This document shows positions 39,401 to 45,080 of a stretch of 45,080 nt of DNA, in pieces (position 1 is the first letter of the stretch; each line of letters starts with the position of its first letter). The notes beneath the pieces were generated by a model. The model ran no database searches. It was given only the letters and a program-made list of their open reading frames with translations, and was not told the origin of the DNA. This stretch comes from Welwitschia mirabilis (taxonomy: Eukaryota): assembly GCA_051453625.1 (NCBI GenBank), contig JBOZIK010000001.1, positions 29,330,956 to 29,376,035 on the forward strand, given 5' to 3'. A program made the translations under genes and the position numbers.

Positions 39401-41042
39401 AGGATCATTTAACTATTCAAATCATTGGAAATCTAGATTCAGAAATAAGCACCAAATAAGGTATAAATAACATTTGTGCTCATTTTTATTTTGTATCACA
39501 TATTAGACCTAGAAATATAGCTAAAGCAGAGCAACATGAGGAATGATTAGAGGTCATAGAAAAGGAGTTCCTTCAGTTCAAAATAAATGGAGTATGGGAC
39601 TTAGTGTGCCAAGACCATAAGATAAACACATTATTGATACAAAATGGTTTTATAAAAATAAATTATATGAATCATGCATAATAGTTCAGAAGAAATCTAG
39701 ATTAGTAGTACAAGGGTATAGTCAAGAAGAAGGCATAGACTATGGATAGACCTATGATCCAATAGCTAGGTTTGAATCTATCATATTATTATGAGCTTAT
39801 GATTATGCTATGAATATTAAAATTTTTCAAATAAATGTTAAGAGTGCTTTTTTAAATGGTTATATTAAAGAAGAAATTCATGTTAAGCAACCACAAGGAT
39901 TCATTAACTCCTATAATCTAAATCATGTGTTCAAGCTCTAAAAGACTTTATATGATCTTAAGTAAGCTCCAAGAGCTTAGTATGAAATGTTATCTGATTT
40001 TTTGTTAGAAAATGGATTTAAAAGTGGTAATGTTAATTCCACTTTATTTATTAAATAAACTAATAAAGACATTATTATCCTACAAATATATGTTAATGAG
40101 ATAGTTTTTAGAGTTACCAATGAAAAACTAACACTTGAATTTTCAAAGGTTATGCAAAGGAAATTTGAAGTGAGCATGATTGGAGAACTTAACTTTTTTT
40201 TAAGCTTGCAAATTAAATAGCTCAAAAATGGTATTTTTATTAGTCAATTAAAGGATGTTAAGAAAATTCTAAATAATTACAAACTTAATCAAAAAAAAGA
40301 GGTTTATACTCTCATGTCCACATCCACAAAAACTAGCAAGTATGAAACAGGTAAATCTATAAATCAATCCATGTATCAAGGTATGATTGGAAATTTATTA
40401 TATTTAAAATCTAGTAGACCAAATATTGCATTTAGTATTGGCATATGTGATCAGTATTAATTTAACCCTAAGGAATCTTACATCTCTTCAGTTAAAAGAA
40501 TTTTTTGATATCTTAAACATATAAGCAATTTTGATATTTGATTTTCTAAGGATACCTCACTTGATCTAGTTGGGTATAGTGATGCAGATTGGGCTAGATG
40601 CATAGATGATAGAAGAAATAAAAGTGGAGCATATTACTTTCTTCGAAATAGTTTTATTACTTGAAGTTCCAAGAAATAAAGCTCGATATCCCTCTTCATA
40701 GCTAAAGTCGAGTACATATCTTCTAGGACCTACTACACTCAATTGTTATGGATGATGTACACCTTATGCAATTACAGAGTTGTGATGATAAGTAAACAAC
40801 TCTTATGTAATAATACTGTCATTATTAACATTGCTAATATCCTTATGCAACACTCAAGAACTAAGCATATTGACATCACATATCACTTTATCATAACACT
40901 TGTTTAAACAGGCATAATCAAGCTTGATCATGTATCTATAGACAAACAGCTTGCTGACTTGTTTACCAAGCCTCTTTCAAAAGTGGGATTTAAGCTTTTA
41001 AGGATTAAGTTGGGCATAGGGACATGCTCGATCAAGTTATGA
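36431..41042 (+). pseudogene. gag-pol of SIRE element C (many stops and frameshifts)
   Basis: gag SRPPLFNG, VVRKILRS; zinc knuckle CFECKGFGYTVVEC; GAG-pre-integrase MGH...CEHCQEGK; integrase RFDHGGEF and PQQNG; RT LVVQGYSQEEGIDY, QIYVNEI; RNase H GYSDADWA, RTKHIDI, QLADLFTKPL; TGA at 41040-41042. Confidence 0.95.
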
Positions 41043-41678
41043 TTTTGTTTAACATCAATATCAAAATTTGTACATATTAATCATAAGTTTAACTACATTA
41101 AGAGCATTATTTTTTTTCACTTTCTAGTGTCTTCTATTGTCTTACTTTCATTTCTATTCATACTTATTATTTTTTTCTTTTTGTCGATTTCGAACTAGAG
41201 GTGGCATCTACCTCTTGAAATAGTAGTTCTAGTAATAATATGGTGGAATCTAGGTAAAAATGTCTTCCATCTTTCTTTCTTACTTCTTCTACTAGTCTTT
41301 TCTCCTGTGTCTTTTAATTTCTAGTGTGTTTGTATGTTTCTCAGTCCAAATCACTCTTATGTACTCCAAAATATGATGAATATGTAAATAATATTTTTGA
41401 TTATTAGTAATATAATTTCTATTATTTTTCTGTATTTTTATTATTATCTTGTTCACATGCTTTTTATGGGTATTTTTGTGTATCTTATTTTTTTCTTTCA
41501 AAATCAATGATGCCAAAAGAAGAAGTCATGCTTATTGATAATACTATATGATATACGATAGTTGTATCATTTTAAAAAGGGTATTAAAATCAAGGGAAGC
41601 TAGCCTACATCTCAGGGGGAGGTTATTTTGAAAAGGTCCTTTAGATATTAGATTTGCCATTATTAAAAAGAGGGATAT

Positions 41679-42812
41679 TATAAGTAAAAAGTTTCAATAA
41701 TGCTAATAGTCATAAGAATCAAGTGATAAGATGGTAATCACTGATTATAGTTGCATTAAGAAGTTAACTTTTGCATGTGGATATCCCCACTCAAAACAAG
41801 GTAGACGTCTCCTCTTCTTACAGGAAAAATGTATCTATGATAGGTCTTAGGCCTAGATTTCCCACTTAAACATAGCATGTATCCCCTCTCCTTGGAAAAA
41901 AAACATGACTATTATTTATTAGAGTAGACATCCCCATTGTAAATATCCTAGATGTACCTCCTCTATTCTATTTTTCCCCCTTAGTTTGATAGGTGCAGAC
42001 ATTCACTCCTTTCTATGTAGATGTTCCCATATTTCAAGTAGTGAAAATGTCCATGCTAAATTGAGGACAAATGTCTACCTCCCTAGAAGTAAGAACATTT
42101 CCAGTTTTAGAGGCGGATGTCTCCTCTTTAGACTATTGGAAAATCAATTGGCTACAAGCGACCGTGTGATAGTTTTCAATAGTTATTCTCTTCTAGTGTA
42201 TTGTTCAATCATATTGGAAACATTAATTTGATTGAAATATCATATTATCATGTATTATAATCATCTTTTAAGGTTTTCCTTTAACAACTAGTTTTTCCTT
42301 TTCTTTAAAATGGCTAAAATATGCTTTGTTAGATTTACACACAGTTACAATTCTATGAAGTAAACTCAAACTAATCTTTGATAATTTCTCTGTAATTTGT
42401 AATCCTATTTGGATTAGATCCTATAATATTTCATCTATGCTTAAGGCACAATTTGATTTTCTCTATTTTTCTTATGGTTGAGTCTAAGCCTTTGAAAGAC
42501 TCTAATTATGATAGGCTAATGATAAGTCTAAAAAATATTACTGTTGTATAAGGGATTGATGATCAGCTAGAAAATCATCAGTTCAAGAATGAAAAGGGAA
42601 CCAAGGAAGACAGCATCATTGTCTCTTCTTAAGGAGTAGAGTAGGCACATTACTGAACCACTCTAAATCTTATGGGATGATTATTTTTATATTTTGTAAT
42701 TTCTATAGATATATTTTTTATTTGAAAATCTAATTAATTTTTTTTAAAAGAATAGACTTATATTGGGTTTAATATTTATTACTATTTCTATGCATCCCCC
42801 TCTAGAATTTCA
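41679..42812 (+). repeat. Element C 3' LTR
   Basis: Follows PPT aaaaagagggata. Aligns with 35232-36375 (12 mismatches in the first 99 bases, counted by hand). Confidence 0.9.
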
Positions 42813-42953
42813 CAAATATGCTTAGAATTATATGTTCTTTTGATTATCTCTTTGATTTTTCATAATCATTAAAATTCCATCTAAACCTATTTAAATGTTA
42901 TGTAAAAGTGCTTAAAATACTCCATCAAATACATATAATTTTGCATTGCAATA
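42813..42953 (-). repeat. Athila-1 5' LTR, terminal part
   Basis: caaatatgcttagaat...ttgcaata matches 8567-8708. Confidence 0.85.
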
Positions 42954-44590
42954 CCTACTAATTGATAAGCTTTGGTGTTATTAACCTATGCCTCTATTCT
43001 GAAAATTTAACTTTGACTATAACAAATATGATAAAGTTTTTACAACTAGTTATGCAATAATTTCAACTAGTAAATTAATGAATATAATAGCTAAATTAAT
43101 TATCTATAATAAATTATAAGTAAATTTACCACCTTAAATCAATGTAACCTTTTACTATGAGCCTTAGGATTATCATAGATGAGGAGTTGTCAAAAAGAGA
43201 TTTTTGAAGATTAGACTTTACCCCTATCAAGATCTAGCTAATGCATAATGAGTGAAAAATATATTGTTATGTATATTAAAATAAAATAAACATGATTACC
43301 TGAGTGCAGGGAATCCCCAAAATGGTCACTTGGCCATAAACATCTATTAGTAACCTCAATCATTAAGCATAAGAGATCTCTTATATCTTCCTACATCTAA
43401 GTAAGAGCTAATGGAAGGAAATAACATAATTTTATGATTTATCATAAATAGTGGTCTAATGCAATATTACATTATTATACCAAAATATTAAAATAAACCA
43501 TATGAATAACATGAGTAAATAATATACTTAAAAAGATTAGTAAGTCCTTCATGGTGGAATATTAATGAATATCCAAGCTCAAGAGTTCCTTAGCTTTAAG
43601 ATTTTAAGCTCTAAGATCCATAGGTAAAAGAATGAAATAAAGAAAGAGGAAATTAAATAAGGAAATGCACTTGTATAAGAAAATAGAAAGTATCTCCTTT
43701 TTTACAAGAGAGAAAAGGATCTTTATGTATACATAAATAAATAAACATAACTCAAGATTACAAGATCACATGATTTAGCATTGATAAGTGAAATGGGTAA
43801 TAAGTGACATTAAAGTATAAAAGGAGCTCATATTTATGACTCATGCACCTAATAAGGATGAGTAATCTTTTTATTTTAATTAGAAAAGTCAATTAAATGC
43901 ATCATTTTCTCATGCTAGATTCTTCTTAATCCTTCATAGGCTTATAAACAAGTCTAATTCATCTAAGACATGAATTAAAATAATAAATGCATAAATCTCA
44001 AAATTGTCATTTGGCATAATAAAATAAACTCTTTAATTTCAACGAATAAAACAATATGTATGCTATGAACTAAGTCCCCTTGCATGTCTCGAGAAGATAA
44101 AAGTCATGGTAGAGTAAATCTACTCATTTATCATTCTTAGTTTTAGGTAAGAGTGCATGTACTTGTTTACATGCTTATTATTTCATAATGCATGAAATCT
44201 ATCACTCATATAATATAAGAAAGAAAATGTCTATTCATAATATAGTACACCTATCACATTTACTAAGAATTTAAATGAGTAAATAAGATGTAAAATATAT
44301 TATTAAATTCTTTTGAAATTTTTAATTTATTACTTTTTTTATGTGATTTTGGTTCTTCACATAATGGGGTTATCTAATTTTAAATGTTCATATAGCTTTT
44401 CTTCTAAAAACTCTCTAACATAATTATTATCATTTTAATGGTAAATTATGAAAATGCATAAATTAAGGTTAATTTAAAATACCATCTTATTTTAACAAGG
44501 CCTTTAAAAAAAAGTAATTCATCATATGATTAGAAGCTTAATGTACTTAATATTGAAGTAATTAAGGTTTATAAAACATGGGATATGACA
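42954..44590 (-). mobile_element. Tekay/Del 3' LTR, copy 2 (also includes 7409-7443); host of Athila-1
   Basis: Ends GGGATATGACA (TGTCATATCCC on minus), abutting PPT TGGGGAAGGA (44591-44600, minus) and the chromo-integrase end. Its left part matches 5340-5960. Confidence 0.75.
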
Positions 44591-44664
44591 TCCTTCCCCA
44601 TTCAGATTGATTCACTCTTAGGAATCAAGATACATAAAGAGCTTAAAAAAACTTAAGTACTTAT

Positions 44665-44980
44665 TATAAGATTCAAAAAATTTAGGTATTGATTTTTCAT
44701 TATTTCCTTTAGCTCCCGAGTATCTTCTTTAATACTATGGTTAGTTCACTTTATTTTCACTTAATAGATCTCCATGTTTCATAAATTAATAGTTCATTGA
44801 TCCAACACTACTTTCAACTTCTCTATAATCAAATAATATACTTCTACCTAAATATTAGACTAATTTAATACATGATAAGGATTTGTGACATACCTTTTTA
44901 GCAAACTCAAATGAAAAAAGTCATGCATGTGCACTAATCAAGGAGGCTAAGTAAGCCTATATGAAATAGATATAGCTCTT
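44665..44980 (-). pseudogene. Integrase C-terminus plus chromodomain of a Tekay/Del chromovirus
   Basis: SYRLT*PP*LVHMHDFFHLSLLKRYVTNPYHVL...VLDQ...VKIK*TNHSIKEDTRELKEIMKNQYLNF matches AYRLxLP...HDVFHVSLLKKY...VKVxWxNHxxEEATWE...YPxLF. Confidence 0.88.
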
Positions 44981-45080
44981 TGTTATGATGTCAATTTGTA
45001 AGAATTTGATGGTGTATTTAAAGTACTTTTGCAGGACATTTGTATAGGTTTAGATGCAATTATGCTAATTATGGAGAGAG
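44981..45080 (+). mobile_element. Start of a fourth Athila-family LTR inserted in the Tekay integrase; runs off the window
   Basis: TGTTATGATGTCAATTTGTAAGAATTTGATGG... matches the reverse complement of 13490-13586 and the LTR start at 13849. Confidence 0.82.

Larger units (their letters stand above)
35232..42812 (+). mobile_element. SIRE-type Ty1/copia element C, full-length, decayed, without env-like ORF
   Basis: LTRs 35232-36375 and 41679-42812. Degenerate Met-i PBS at 36378-36389, multiple PPTs (41590, 41611, 41665), degenerate TSD TAAAG/CAAAT. The flanks rejoin into the Athila LTR. Confidence 0.92.
7444..42953 (-). mobile_element. Athila-like Ty3/gypsy LTR retrotransposon (Athila-1), full-length, decayed, carrying nested insertions
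   Basis: Paired LTRs (7444-8708; 34165-35231 + 42813-42953), TSD CCCAC (7439-7443) / CCTAC (42954-42958), tRNA-Asp-type PBS, and gag-PR-RT-RH-INT order. Joining the flanks restores sequence matching 5320-5400. Confidence 0.88.

Noticed and set aside
1..45080. Species assignment, tRNA/rRNA genes, endogenous virus
   Set aside because: SIRE, Athila and Tekay indicate a land plant, probably an angiosperm, but nothing is diagnostic. No RNA-gene or caulimovirid/NCLDV signature was seen.

Overview
AT-rich plant-type genomic scaffold with nine N-gaps and no intact protein-coding gene that I can support. About 92% of the window (3374-45080) is a nest of decayed LTR retrotransposons, which can be reconstructed from LTR termini, PBS/PPT signals and target-site duplications (TSDs). 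A Tekay/Del chromovirus LTR hosts an Athila-like Ty3/gypsy element (7444-42953, minus). That element hosts a coding-less SIRE-type element B (9786-26702, plus) and a SIRE Ty1/copia element C (35232-42812, plus). B hosts SIRE element A, which carries an env-like ORF (11163-24742, minus). A hosts a second Athila insertion (12232-16100), which holds a third Athila 5' end (13849-15512). A fourth Athila LTR starts at 44981. The left 3.3 kb holds the C-terminus of a PIF1-type helicase of non-canonical Helitron (Helitron2/Helentron-like) type and a SWIB/MDM2-domain pseudogene. All TE reading frames are broken, mostly by C>T/G>A transitions. Several gaps have duplicated flanks (assembly overlaps). I found no convincing new biological system. 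The best leads are the coding-less SIRE partner, the atypical helicase, the SWIB relic and the six-level nest. Family assignments come from hand translation and motif recall, not database searches.
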